Shown here piece after piece: positions 38,263 to 48,447 of a stretch of 64,000 bases of DNA. The stretch is from Candidatus Bathyarchaeota archaeon. GTDB lineage: Archaea; Thermoproteota; Bathyarchaeia; Bathyarchaeales; Bathycorpusculaceae. The notes beneath the pieces were generated by a model. It worked only from the letters and a program-made list of their open reading frames with translations, searched no databases and was not told the origin of the DNA. The stretch's first letter is position 1; the number at the start of each line of letters is the position of its first letter. The translations under genes were made by a program, and so were the position numbers. Location: positions 2,688,001 through 2,752,000 of the forward strand of contig OY969706.1 in the NCBI GenBank assembly GCA_963702095.1, in the 5' to 3' direction.

Positions 38263-40886
38263 TTATGGTCGTTTTCTAATCATCAATGCCAGTATCACAC
38301 CGACAATGACAATGACGATTATGATTGCAACGCCGATGGCAGCGATGGTCATAGTGTTATCGACAGGTTGCGCTGTTACTTGTGTTGGTGCGGGTGTTGC
38401 TGCGTCGCCTGCATAGAAAGTTGTTGAAGCGGATGATCCGTAGTACGAATTAGATCCTGCGAAGCTTGCGATAACGTTGAAGTTGCCTGAGATGTCGGGG
38501 GTCCATGTGAATGCATAGTTGCCATACGCGTCTGAAGTAGCGGTGCCGATTTGTCTAAAGTTGCCGTTTGCATCGACTACGCTGATGGTAACTGGAACTC
38601 CAGTTGTATTTGCGGGGATTGGCTGTTGCTGATAGAGGTATTCCATAAATTGACTTTGGCTTACGTCAGATACGCATGGAACGCCGTTTGGAAATAGCGG
38701 CCTGTTCTGTTTGTTGTGTGCCTGCGGATTTGTCGATTACAGTTCCCCTTATTGTTATTGGGGTAGCTGTGCTGACGCCAACATCAGGTGCGGTAACGGT
38801 CAAGGCGCTTGGGCCCTTTCCGAAGCAGTATATTTGGTCATCATATGCGTTGAGTGTTACAAGATAGCCATCAGTGACAATTGTTCCCACCTGTCCCCAA
38901 CATTCTTCTTTCCATATTTCCTGTCCGTTGGTTGCGTTGATGCAGCGAATATCCGAACCACGCCATTGGGGATTCGTTGGAGTGTGCTCAGACGAAATGG
39001 TATATATCTTTCCATCGGCAGCAGCGACTATGTTTAGGGGGTAATTGCCATAGGGAGATTCAGTGGCAGTGCCAGTAGCGGTGTAATTCCACAAGACTTG
39101 TCCGGTTGTGTCATCGTAGCAGAATAGTACTCCAGCGTAGCCAGCTGAATACATCTTGCCGTCAGCGACTATAGTAGTTAGAGCATTTGAGCCTTGCACA
39201 AGAAAATCTAAATCTGGTTGACTCGGAGTTGGACCCCATAACAGCTTTCCAGTGTTCAGGCTGTAGCCAGACCATGTCCTAGTTTCCTTGTCATATATTG
39301 TCCAGACACCGGTACTTGGGTCCATAGGTCCAAAGCTTAAGGTTTGGTTGCCTGGTGGCGCAGTGTAGTTCTGATTAAACAGTATAGTTCCTCGGTTTGA
39401 TGATTGTAGGTTTATAGCAAATACTGACCAGGGATCGTTGGTTCCGACCGTAGTCCCTCCACTTGCGGCGGGTGCCGGGTTTAGACCACCTGTACCAACT
39501 ATTTCGACGGGGTCTACGCTTGTTGGCCAGCCGTTGCCTGCTAGAACTCTTGCTATTTTTGCGGTTGAAGGTATTGAGCCTGCTGCCAATGTTATGTTCC
39601 AATCATATCCATATTTAGCTCCATCATATGTTGCATTAGGCTGAGGTCGCCAAATTGTGAGAACAACCCCAAAAGGCCCGAGAGGTGTGGTTTGAATGCA
39701 AGTAGTTGAGTTCCATTGAGCCAGCCAACCTAACGTAGTTGCAGTTGGTGCTTTTAGCACGTAAATTAATTCATTGCCCGCTTGATCTACATATCTTGTC
39801 CCTGTTGGCGCGTTATTGATTTGGCATATGTAATTGCCTGAGGAAGCATCGAACATTTGCCATGTTGATCCTGAAGTGCTCCATAAGTATGGAAATACAC
39901 CGTGTTGATTTGATGATTCATAGTTTAATTCTTGACCAAATGACAGTGCTGGCCAATATGTTGAAGCCAAGTTTGTTGCAGAAAATAACGACGGAAGAGT
40001 GCTATTCGTAAATGATAGTTTTTGCCCTGTCACCAAGTTTACTGAATACCAGCCGTTTCGTGGGTTGTTTAAGTTGTTGTAGTATAGGACGCCATTCATG
40101 ACAAATCCGTACCATCTGGGTTCATATGTTACTCCATAGAAATACTCGTTATTTCCAGCGTTTCCTCCTGCGACGGCCTCCAGCCCATATTGGGCTTGTC
40201 CACATTACGTGACCGCTCTCTGGTGCCGTTGAGTATGGGTTGAGCAGTGTTCCTGCAGCGTCGTAACCAGTTTCAATCCAATCGCCTGTGATAGTTGCCC
40301 ATTGCCTATTCATACCATTTATTGGTCGTGTCCAGTACTCTGTTGGAAGCGGAGTTTCTTGCCAAGCTTGAACGAGTTGATTCTGTACGTTTACTGAGAT
40401 TTTATCACTAATGGATGGGCCAACATAATAGTTGTAATTGACGCCATTTAGAGTTGTGTTATATGTTTGTCCGGGGAAGCTAAATTGGAAATAGTATGTG
40501 CCGTTTGTTTTAGGAACGTAGGTGGTGTAAGTCGATCCAGTTGGATCAGACGTAAATGGACCTAGTGTATCAGTGGTACCGTCTGGTTTAGTTACGTTCA
40601 ACATAAAGCCGCCTAGTTGCGGGTATGAGTATGGTGCAATATTTTGAATCCATGGAGCTGATGAGTCAAGAAGCATAACAACAAGCAGGTTTTGGTCAAC
40701 GCCTACTGGATTAGGTGTGCAGTTTATGTACGCATACGAGGCTTTGTAATAATCTATTGAAGAAGCAGCGTTAGTGTTTGGCAGTGAAATCATTGAAGCG
40801 ACTATTGAAAGCACTAGAATCATAGCAATTGCGATAGTTACAGTTTTATTTTTTGCAGAATAATTTCTTTTTATATTTTTTAACAT
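38263..40886 (-). CDS. large secreted PQQ-like beta-propeller protein with C-terminal TM anchor; apparent frameshifts near 40170 and 38690
   Basis: Signal peptide, PNPVGV, PLPTEYWTRPI, repeated G..LW/Y..TG motifs, YD.QIYCFGKG, TGVPV, TM plus RKRP; three ORFs join in register. Confidence 0.85.
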
Positions 40887-41110
40887 TGTCTTTTTTTCCT
40901 TTTTTTCTGTAAGAAACAGATGCCCTCAATTTTACATTTAAGAAAGCGTGGTGTATCCCAAACACAACAAATTTAGTAATTTAGAATTTAAGCGCTGTTT
41001 TCTTCAAAATTAAAACAAACTTGTCACCAAATAATAATTCATTCATTCTTCTAGATAAGAGAGTCACAATTCGAAAACATTAAATAATAATTCTACAAAT
41101 TACGCGTAGA

Positions 41111-41938
41111 ATGACTAATTTAAAAGCAGATAGTAACAATGCAGAAATATTAGAAAAGATAGGGTTAACTTCGTTGCAGGCAAGAATCTACACCGCTTTA
41201 GGCTATTCAGGAAAAGAAAAAATATTAACGATCTCAAAGATAGCCAACGTAGACCGATCAAACACATATCGGACAATTCTACAACTTCAAAATATGGGTT
41301 TGGTTATAAAATTACTGGGGACACCAAACTCTTATGAAGCAGTGCCTTTGAAAGAAGCCGTCTCAACTTTGGTTAATCGCAAAAAAAGCGAATACGAAAA
41401 AACACAAAGTATTGCACAGAAATTAATCCAATCAAACTCCGAACTATTTTCGGCATCTCAAGGAAAAGAATATGAGTTTAAAATAGTTAAGAAGACCAAA
41501 GAACCGGCCAAGGAAGCAATGATTGATACATACAGGAATCTCCAAAAAAGTAATGATTACATACTCAAGAAGAAGACAGTTATTGAGGCGTATAGTGAAT
41601 TAACCGAAGAAGGATTAGCATGCCTTAGACGAGGAATAAAATTCAGAGTTATTACTGAAAAGGTAGCATCACGATCCATCCTAAAAGAACTTGGCCTTTT
41701 TATATCAGAGCCCAACTTCCAATTAAGATACATTCTCAAAGAACCCGAGGCAGAAATAGTTATCAATGACAAGAAAGTTGCCAAAATCACGCTGACACCA
41801 AATTTAGGATTAGCAGAAAAGCCGACCTTAATAACGGATCACCCAGTTGTTGTAAAAATATTCCAAAATCATTTTGACAATTTATGGAAACATGCAAAAG
41901 AGTATAATTTAGAAGAATTAAAAGGGCAAAAACCTTGA
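41111..41938 (+). CDS. TrmB family transcriptional regulator
   Basis: IGLTSLQARIYTAL, ISKIANVDRSNTYRTILQLQNMGLV wHTH; IVINDKK...FDNLW PLD-like sensor domain. Confidence 0.88.
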   Translation: MTNLKADSNNAEILEKIGLTSLQARIYTALGYSGKEKILTISKIANVDRSNTYRTILQLQNMGLVIKLLGTPNSYEAVPLKEAVSTLVNRKKSEYEKTQSIAQKLIQSNSELFSASQGKEYEFKIVKKTKEPAKEAMIDTYRNLQKSNDYILKKKTVIEAYSELTEEGLACLRRGIKFRVITEKVASRSILKELGLFISEPNFQLRYILKEPEAEIVINDKKVAKITLTPNLGLAEKPTLITDHPVVVKIFQNHFDNLWKHAKEYNLEELKGQKP

Positions 41939-42079
41939 AAAAGAGTTTGACAAGACCAACTTTTTTAAAGTTAGTTCGATTCGGTTTATTTTTTGTGACG
42001 GCCTAATTTATCTCTAATGGTTATGCTGATCCCCAATTGCATAGTGCTACTCATTGTCTTGTGGAGGAAAAAAGCTGTC

Positions 42080-42442
42080 GATACATGCCTCTACATTCAC
42101 GCTGTTGCCGCTTCAACATGGACCCATGTATCGCGTGTGGAGAAAATCGCATATCCCACACCATAACAGTTGTTGAAAAACGTTTCATTCGCAAAAAGCA
42201 ACCGCCTTCAATTGCAGTCTTGTGGCACCCACAAATCGCCACACCCACATAAAAGAAAAACAGGTTGCACTTTGGGTAAGGGAGGCTAGTAGAGAAATAG
42301 TGGTTGGCTTGTGTGTCTTCTGCTTGCAGAATAGCCACAACTAACCAACAGATGCCTAAACTAGCCAAACCCCAAACAGGCGCCAAAACGCAGTCTGCTG
42401 GTTGTTGTTGTGTATAGGGGTTTTCTGCAACAACTACTAATG
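42080..42442 (+). repeat. composite repeat: M1 copy C (42080-42255), partial M3 (~42317-42345), hairpin M2 (42400-42442)
   Basis: Block-wise identity to the other copies; shows the module order M1-M3-M2. Confidence 0.85.
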
Positions 42443-42508
42443 AAAAAAGAAAACTGTGTAAACATAAGCATAACAAACAAGAAAGAAAATAAAAGAAGAA
42501 AAGGTTGA

Positions 42509-42901
42509 TTACTTTAGCGGCACATACATCGAAGACCGTGAAGCGCCGATACCTGGAGTTCCATGCCTAACCGGCTTGTTGGTTATGGCAAACTCGCCTA
42601 GGTAGTGACCGATCATTTCTGGGCGTATTTCCATGGCGACGAATTCTTTGCCGTTGTGTACGCTGATCTTAGCACCCACCATTTCTGGAAGGATTATTAA
42701 ATCGCGTACGTGGGTTTTGATTCCGTCGTCTTTGGATTCTTTGGCTTTGCGTAGTTTCTCAAGCAGTATGCGCTGTTCTGGTGTGAGTCCGCGTTGGAGG
42801 CTTCTGCGCTGACGTGATGGCAGCAGGTTGATGAATTCGTCCATAGACATGCCTGAGAGGGTTTCGAGGCTGTGTCCACGGTAATTAAATTCTTTGGGCA
42901 T
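42509..42901 (-). CDS. rps19p: 30S ribosomal protein S19
   Basis: [36 protein letters not shown]. Confidence 0.97.
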   Translation of the reverse strand: MPKEFNYRGHSLETLSGMSMDEFINLLPSRQRRSLQRGLTPEQRILLEKLRKAKESKDDGIKTHVRDLIILPEMVGAKISVHNGKEFVAMEIRPEMIGHYLGEFAITNKPVRHGTPGIGASRSSMYVPLK

Positions 42902-42925
42902 TTTTCATTCTCCTATTTGTTATTT

Positions 42926-43669
42926 TTAACCTCTGATTGCACGTTTCTTTTTCTGGCCTGGACCTCGGGCTGCGATTAAGCCAACTTTCTGTCCTGGAGG
43001 AGCACCGTGTGAAGTTGTTGTGCATCTGCGAGAGCTTCGTTTGCTGCTACCATAGGGGTGGACAGCTGGAACCATTTTGCGGCCGCTGGTACGTGGGTAC
43101 TTGTGGCCTTTGGCTTTCATCCAGTGAAACATCTCGCCTGCTTTGAGGAATGGTTTATCGATGCGTCCTGCAGCAGAGATAACTCCGACTGTTGCTAAAC
43201 AGTAATCGTTAACATAGCGGGTTCTACCAGAAGGCAAACGGATCATGGTGCCTTGGGGGGTATGACCAACGACGGTTGCATATGCACCTGAACTGCGTGC
43301 CATTTTTCCTCCGTCGCCTGGACGAAGTTCAAGGTCGCAAACTAAGGTTCCTTCAGGCATCTTACCTAACGGAATAATGTTTCCAATTTCAGCGGAGGCT
43401 TTTCCGCCGTAGGTGATTTCTTGTCCTGTGTATACGCCTTCGGGGGTGATGCTGTAGACGGATGAGCCGTCTTCGAATTCTATTAAGGAGAGGGGTGAAC
43501 CGCGTCCGGGGTCGTGAACCAAGTCTACGATGACTCCGACGAGTTCAGCTTCAAAAGATTCTTTCGGCGCGATAGCTGGATATTTAGCTGGAGCAACACG
43601 TTTATGAGTTGAGGCGCGCCAGTTCTGTCCGCCGCGGCCCCTTCTTTGTACACGAATACGTTTTCCCAT
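42926..43669 (-). CDS. rpl2p: 50S ribosomal protein L2
   Basis: MGKRIRVQRRGRG, HDPGRG, RSSG, APPGQKVGLIAAR. Confidence 0.97.
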   Translation of the reverse strand: MGKRIRVQRRGRGGQNWRASTHKRVAPAKYPAIAPKESFEAELVGVIVDLVHDPGRGSPLSLIEFEDGSSVYSITPEGVYTGQEITYGGKASAEIGNIIPLGKMPEGTLVCDLELRPGDGGKMARSSGAYATVVGHTPQGTMIRLPSGRTRYVNDYCLATVGVISAAGRIDKPFLKAGEMFHWMKAKGHKYPRTSGRKMVPAVHPYGSSKRSSRRCTTTSHGAPPGQKVGLIAARGPGQKKKRAIRG

Positions 43670-43689
43670 AAGTCAAGCCTTCTATGTGC

Positions 43690-43950
43690 TTAGAGTATTC
43701 CAAGTTTGATTGCGACATCAGAAGCTCGGTATTCAGGTGTGAGCTTCACGTAGGCTTTTTTGATGCCTTGAGGAGTGATGAGCAAGTTGACTTTTTTGAC
43801 TTTAACCTCGTACATGGTTTCTACTGCACGTTTAATGTCGGCTTTGTCAGCATCTTTATTGACAATAAAGATTAACTTGTTGTCTTTTTCAACCATTATG
43901 CTGGCTGATTCTGTCATCAGGGGGTAATTGATTATTTCATCTGGTTTCAT
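43690..43950 (-). CDS. rpl23p: 50S ribosomal protein L23
   Basis: PLMTE, NKLIFIV, KKAYVKL. Confidence 0.96.
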   Translation of the reverse strand: MKPDEIINYPLMTESASIMVEKDNKLIFIVNKDADKADIKRAVETMYEVKVKKVNLLITPQGIKKAYVKLTPEYRASDVAIKLGIL

Positions 43951-44735
43951 TGTGAGGTCTCTCCATGGAGGCTTGATAGCTTTTCGATTGCACCATTAGT
44001 CCAAACTGTTAATCGACCCGGATGTGTTCCTGGTGCAAGCATTTCAGTGTTAAGGTTCGTTACGGTAGTGACTTCTACGCCGGGTAGGTTGCTGGCTGCG
44101 TTGGCTAAGCTTTTTCCGTCAACCACTATGATGAGTGGGCCAACGGCTTGCTTCATCTTTCTGCCCCGGTGCTTGCCTTTTCCTGCGCGGATGCCACGGC
44201 TTTCTTTCACGCGGACCATTTCAGCTGTGAAGCCGAGGCTGTTGAAGACTTCTTCGACTTCTTTGGCTTTAGATAAGCCTTCTAAAGCGTTATCTACTAT
44301 TAGGGGTAAGCTGAGGACTTGCTCGATTTTGTGTCCGCGTGCTGCAACGACTTCTTTTTCTGCGGTTGCTGCGATAGCGGATGAGAGGGCAAGTTTGGCT
44401 TCTTTTTTTGGTATGTTTTTTACTATTATTTTTTCTGCTCGTGGAGGATGGGGTTGTCTGCCTTTGACTGTGCTTGGAGCAAAGGCTGCTCTTCCACTGC
44501 CGCCTTTTACACGGGGGACTCTTGCAGTTGCGCTGCCTGTGCCGCGTGATTCTGCGGTGGTTTTCTTTCCAGCCATTGGATCTCTGCCTTGGGGTTGGAG
44601 CCTGTTAGATTGGATGGCTAAGACTGCACGTTTAATCACGTCGGGTCTTAGCGGTGTTGAGAAAACCATTGGTAAATCGATTTTGCCCGTGGATTTTCCC
44701 TGTAAGTCAAAGATTTCTGCGGTTTTCTGTGCCAT
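43947..44735 (-). CDS. rpl4p: 50S ribosomal protein L4
   Basis: RPDVIKRA, AESRGTG.ATARVPR, RAGKGKHRGR, LAPGTHPGRLT. Confidence 0.96.
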   Translation of the reverse strand: MAQKTAEIFDLQGKSTGKIDLPMVFSTPLRPDVIKRAVLAIQSNRLQPQGRDPMAGKKTTAESRGTGSATARVPRVKGGSGRAAFAPSTVKGRQPHPPRAEKIIVKNIPKKEAKLALSSAIAATAEKEVVAARGHKIEQVLSLPLIVDNALEGLSKAKEVEEVFNSLGFTAEMVRVKESRGIRAGKGKHRGRKMKQAVGPLIIVVDGKSLANAASNLPGVEVTTVTNLNTEMLAPGTHPGRLTVWTNGAIEKLSSLHGETSQ

Positions 44736-44747
44736 CTCTAATCATTC

Positions 44748-45760
44748 CTATTTCCGTTGAGTGGACTCCAGTGAGATATAAGTTACTTGCGGTGCTGCTT
44801 CAGGAACCTCTGTGGGCGGACGAGCAGGTACTCTTAGGCGTATTAAGCGTTTTTCTGTGCCGGGTATGCTGCCTTCTAGTAGGACGTATGGTCCATTGAC
44901 CTCTCCATATCGGACGTAGCCGCCTTTTATGGTGACTTCTTTGCCGTCTTTGCCGATTTTGAGTATGCGTTTGTTGAATTCGATACGTTGGTGATAGCCT
45001 GTTTGTCCTGCGCGTGGTATGCTGTACATGAGGTGGTGGGGGTTCCATGGTGGAGGGTGGCGATGCCGCGTTTGGTTTTTCTGCCTTTGTGCTGGAGTTT
45101 GGTTACGTGCCAGCGTTTAACTGGGCCTTGGAAGCCTTTGCCGACGGTTACGCCGGCTATGTCGATGTATTGGCCTTCTTTGAAGACTTCTTCGGGCGTT
45201 ACTGTTTTGCCCAAGAGTTGTTTGGCGTAGTCGAATTGTTGCTGGGTGTTTCCGCCGCCGATTTGGATTTCCATGGTTTCGGGTTTTTTCTTGGATAGGC
45301 TGGTTTGGCTGGGTTGGGTGGCGGTTATAACTCGGACTAAGTCGGTGTTTTCGAGGTTGTCTTGGACTTTCTGCAGCATGGCGTCTGTGTTAAAGTTTTC
45401 CGGCAGGACCAAAAGTCTGCCCAGCAGTGCCGGCGGTTCTTTCATCCATGCTTCTGTGAGGTTTAAGAGCCCATAGGGTGTTTTCTGGTAAGTGCGTATG
45501 CCACATATGATGATTGGTGGCGTTTCAAGTATGGTTGCTGCCCGCATGACTTCTTTACCGAAGTTTGGTGAACGCTTCCTGTCCTCAATAGTGAAGACAT
45601 AGGTCATACCTGCCTTGTAAGATGTGAATCCTAAAAGCCTAGGAGTTTCAGACTCTATTTTTGGCCAGTAACGAATCCGTGCAGTAGGTTTCTTTGCACG
45701 ATGCCTTGGCAAATAGGCTAGTGAACCATGTTTTGGAGCATGAGTTTTACGATGTCCCAT
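44748..45760 (-). CDS. rpl3p: 50S ribosomal protein L3, apparent frameshift near 45050
   Basis: PKHGSLAYLPR, YKAGMT, GKGFQGPVKRW; continues PRAGQTGYHQR, GSIPG in the second frame. Confidence 0.95.
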
Positions 45761-45950
45761 TGATCATCCGCTTCGCGCCTTTAGCAAATAGTGCAAGAGG
45801 TTATAAATGTTGCCGTTTAAAACGCAAAAGGATGGTTAGGCTGAAAAAAAACATTTTCTAAGCTCCAGCCTAGTATAGGATGCTGTTTGCCTTCAGTGGC
45901 TGTCCATCGTTTGCAACACTACACATAGAAACGGGTGCTTTTGACTTTTT

Positions 45951-46058
45951 CTATAGTAGTTGTTGCCGAAAACCCCCTATACACAACAACAATCAGAGGC
46001 TTGTGAAAACGATTGTATTTCAACATTGGCGTTTGGTTTACGTTGCAGACTGGTTGTG
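45951..46058 (-). repeat. intergenic repeat copy, M3 (46026-46058) then hairpin M2 (45951-45993)
   Basis: Reverse complement cacaaccagtctgcaacg...attgttgttgtgtatagggggttttcggcaacaactactatag. Confidence 0.8.
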
Positions 46059-46184
46059 TAACAAACCACAAGCAGTCGCAGGTAATTAACGACAGATAGG
46101 ATACATTCATGAATTCCGTGGTAAAAAAAGAACTTTCCAAAAAAGCCATGGTAAAAATTATTGGCATCGCAACCAGAGCAGAAG

Positions 46185-46391
46185 TTAAATCATGTCAAAA
46201 TGTTCTAGGGCATCCTTTATATTCCCAAATTTTTCAATGGGACAAGGATTAGTTCGCTCTTTTCCCTGTCGGTTTGGTGCTTTCCTCATTTTAATGTTGC
46301 ACTGAGATTTAACGTCGGCAATCCAGCAAGTCTTAGGTATGAAACCATATTTCTGTTTTACATAATCTTGGATTTCTTTGTAAGTAGCCAT
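46185..46391 (-). CDS. small stand-alone domain resembling the C-terminal extension of some RlmD/TrmA methyltransferases
   Basis: ATYKEIQDYVKQKYG...IADVKSQC...CPIEK..IKDALEHFDMI pattern recalled from that family; GGTGG upstream. Confidence 0.6.
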   Translation of the reverse strand: MATYKEIQDYVKQKYGFIPKTCWIADVKSQCNIKMRKAPNRQGKERTNPCPIEKFGNIKDALEHFDMI

Positions 46392-46405
46392 ATGACCACC
46401 AGACG

Positions 46406-46594
46406 TTAAGGATTATCGTGTTCTAGGTCAAAAAATACAACATTACAAGTCGGGCATATCTTAGCGTAAAGAATTTCATGCTTTGTATGTTTATCACTCG
46501 GTACATGAGCAGATATGAGCATTACTTCTCTAAACTGCGTATAATGTGCTTTATGGCCTAAGGGGCAAGTAATTTCTCGTTGCGGATGAGGCAT
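46406..46594 (-). CDS. small putative Zn-binding protein
   Basis: 62 aa, CPLGH...CPTC. Confidence 0.55.
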   Translation of the reverse strand: MPHPQREITCPLGHKAHYTQFREVMLISAHVPSDKHTKHEILYAKICPTCNVVFFDLEHDNP

Positions 46595-46693
46595 ATAGAA
46601 GTAGGTGCCAAAAAGCGGTTTTATGTTTTTTGGTGGCTAAGTTCGAGTGCCTGTTACTTGTATTGGATAGAGAACAAACGGGACTGGCAAGGA

Positions 46694-46930
46694 TCACTTT
46701 AGTCGCCTTAGCTCTGCCTCAAACGCCTCAGTGGATATGTTGGTAAACGATTCTTTATGCTTGCCCAGTTCATACATGAAATCCCCGAGCGATAAACCAG
46801 CCAACTTTGTGGCTTGCCCAACAGAGATTTTTTTTTCTTTGTAGAGTATTAGGGCTAAGTAAAGCTTCAAATCGTCTTCGCTAAGGTCATTGACCAAAGC
46901 TTTGGGAATGTTGAGCTCCAATAATTTCAC
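46694..46930 (-). CDS. UPF0175 family antitoxin-like protein
   Basis: ALILYKEKKISVGQATKLAGLSLGDFMYELGKH; no PIN toxin follows. Confidence 0.8.
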   Translation of the reverse strand: MKLLELNIPKALVNDLSEDDLKLYLALILYKEKKISVGQATKLAGLSLGDFMYELGKHKESFTNISTEAFEAELRRLK

Positions 46931-47001
46931 TTGTCGTCAAATGGTTGGACGTTACTAAAATACCTTGTCAAAATGAGAAGAAAGAGAAAATAAGTGCAGT
47001 T

Positions 47002-48447
47002 CTAACGAGGGACAACTGCAAGGAAGGGTTCTGGACCCATTTCTGCAGTCGCATAAACTGCCAGTGATATTGCCCAGAATACGTCGTCGTGTGTGCCTTG
47101 TGGGTGGTGGTAGCCTATGGTGCCGTCTTTGTTTAGGCTGTAGCGTTCGACGTTTAGTTCGGTGCAGATTTCGCCCCGGTAAGGTCGCTCCCAATGCAGC
47201 AGTGGGTAGTAGAGTTGGTGGTTTGCCATGCGCTGTTTGAGCAGGCTTGCCATTTCGCTTTTACGGGGCACGCTAAAGTTTACGCCTTCAGCGTTGTGTA
47301 TGCCTGCTGCTTCCATGTCGGCGATGAAGCTTGGGCCTTCCCGTGTGAAGTCCACTCGGATTTTCTCGAACCCGTGCCAGCGGTCCTGCAAGGTTTTGAG
47401 GTAGCCCAATACAGTTGCGTAAATGGTGGGTTGCTGGAAGATTTTGAGGTGACGCAGCAACAACCGCCCATCCACCCGCTCAACTACGGCGAGGGCGGTG
47501 TAGTCCCTGGTCTGCGCCAAATCCAGCCCAACAAAGAATTCGCCTCGGTGCTCAGATTCGGGGTTGAATTCTTGGAGGTCTACGCCACAGGTTGCTTTTG
47601 TGCCGATGCAGTTGGCGATTAGACTTTGCGTTAGCCATACGTCTTGGTCTTCTGCCCATTCCGCCTCCATTTCCCGCCGCCAACGGATTGGGTCATCGCC
47701 CATCTGTGTCTTGATTTTTTGGATTATGCTGGGTTTTAGTGGTCCGTTTGGTTCGGTGGCTTGTTCGACGGTGACGTGGCTGGTTTTGTAGTCGGCGAAG
47801 TCTTTGTGGGTAAACATTTTGTAGAAGACGCTGTCGGTGTGCCATGGTGTGCTTGTGCAGACGAATTTGCCGTTTGTGGTGCCCAATGTGTAGAGGATGG
47901 CGTCGTAGAGTTCTTGGTCGTTGGCGACGAAGTTGAATTCGTCAGCGTAGACCACGTGCAGGGTGGGTCCGCGGATGGTTTCGGGGTTGTTTGGGAAGGC
48001 TTCGATGCTGCTGCCGTTTTGGAAGTGGATTTGGGTGCGCTGGGGCACAAAAACCAGTCTCCTAGGAAGCTTATGGGAAAGCGAGCCTATGCGGCTAAGG
48101 ATGCGTTTGGTTTGCCGCCAAGACGGACCAACTAAACCGATGGCGCTATCTGGGTGGGTGGTTGCATACCAGAGCAGAAGGGCAGCTACGATGAAGCTCT
48201 TGCCACTTTGCCGACTCCACCGGGCCGCCGTAAACTGGTTTTCAACGAATAGTTTGATGAACTCTTCTTGGTAGGCAAAGGGTTTGAAGCCCAAGATTTC
48301 TCTGCAGAAAACTGCGGGGTCCTCGCTGAGGTCCACAGTTTTCTCCAGTGCCAACCCTTCGGCTAGTAGGTCACTGTTCTGGACTTTTTGCCATGTCTGC
48401 TGGAACTGGTTGGGACGCATTGTTCTTGCTTTCGAGGAGCGCGGCAT
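47002..48447 (-). CDS. terminase large subunit-like ATPase-nuclease
   Basis: PFAYQ Q-motif, SRQSGKS Walker A, VVYADEF Walker B, TSTP motif III, VGLDLAQTRDYTA and HDD RNase H-like nuclease. Confidence 0.9.
   Translation of the reverse strand: MPRSSKARTMRPNQFQQTWQKVQNSDLLAEGLALEKTVDLSEDPAVFCREILGFKPFAYQEEFIKLFVENQFTAARWSRQSGKSFIVAALLLWYATTHPDSAIGLVGPSWRQTKRILSRIGSLSHKLPRRLVFVPQRTQIHFQNGSSIEAFPNNPETIRGPTLHVVYADEFNFVANDQELYDAILYTLGTTNGKFVCTSTPWHTDSVFYKMFTHKDFADYKTSHVTVEQATEPNGPLKPSIIQKIKTQMGDDPIRWRREMEAEWAEDQDVWLTQSLIANCIGTKATCGVDLQEFNPESEHRGEFFVGLDLAQTRDYTALAVVERVDGRLLLRHLKIFQQPTIYATVLGYLKTLQDRWHGFEKIRVDFTREGPSFIADMEAAGIHNAEGVNFSVPRKSEMASLLKQRMANHQLYYPLLHWERPYRGEICTELNVERYSLNKDGTIGYHHPQGTHDDVFWAISLAVYATAEMGPEPFLAVVPR

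Noticed and set aside
42442-42509. Break of the S10-like operon after rps19 (no rpl22/rps3)
   Set aside because: Splits of this cluster occur in other TACK lineages; not unusual without comparative data.
44047-44760. Long antisense ORFs (44047+, 49751-, 61220+, 2743- and similar)
   Set aside because: Shadow frames opposite well-conserved genes with no independent motifs.
1272-45993. M2 hairpins as CRISPR repeats or integron attC sites
   Set aside because: Copies are solitary and kilobases apart with no spacers or cas genes; the GTT...AAC order is opposite to attC and no integron integrase is seen.
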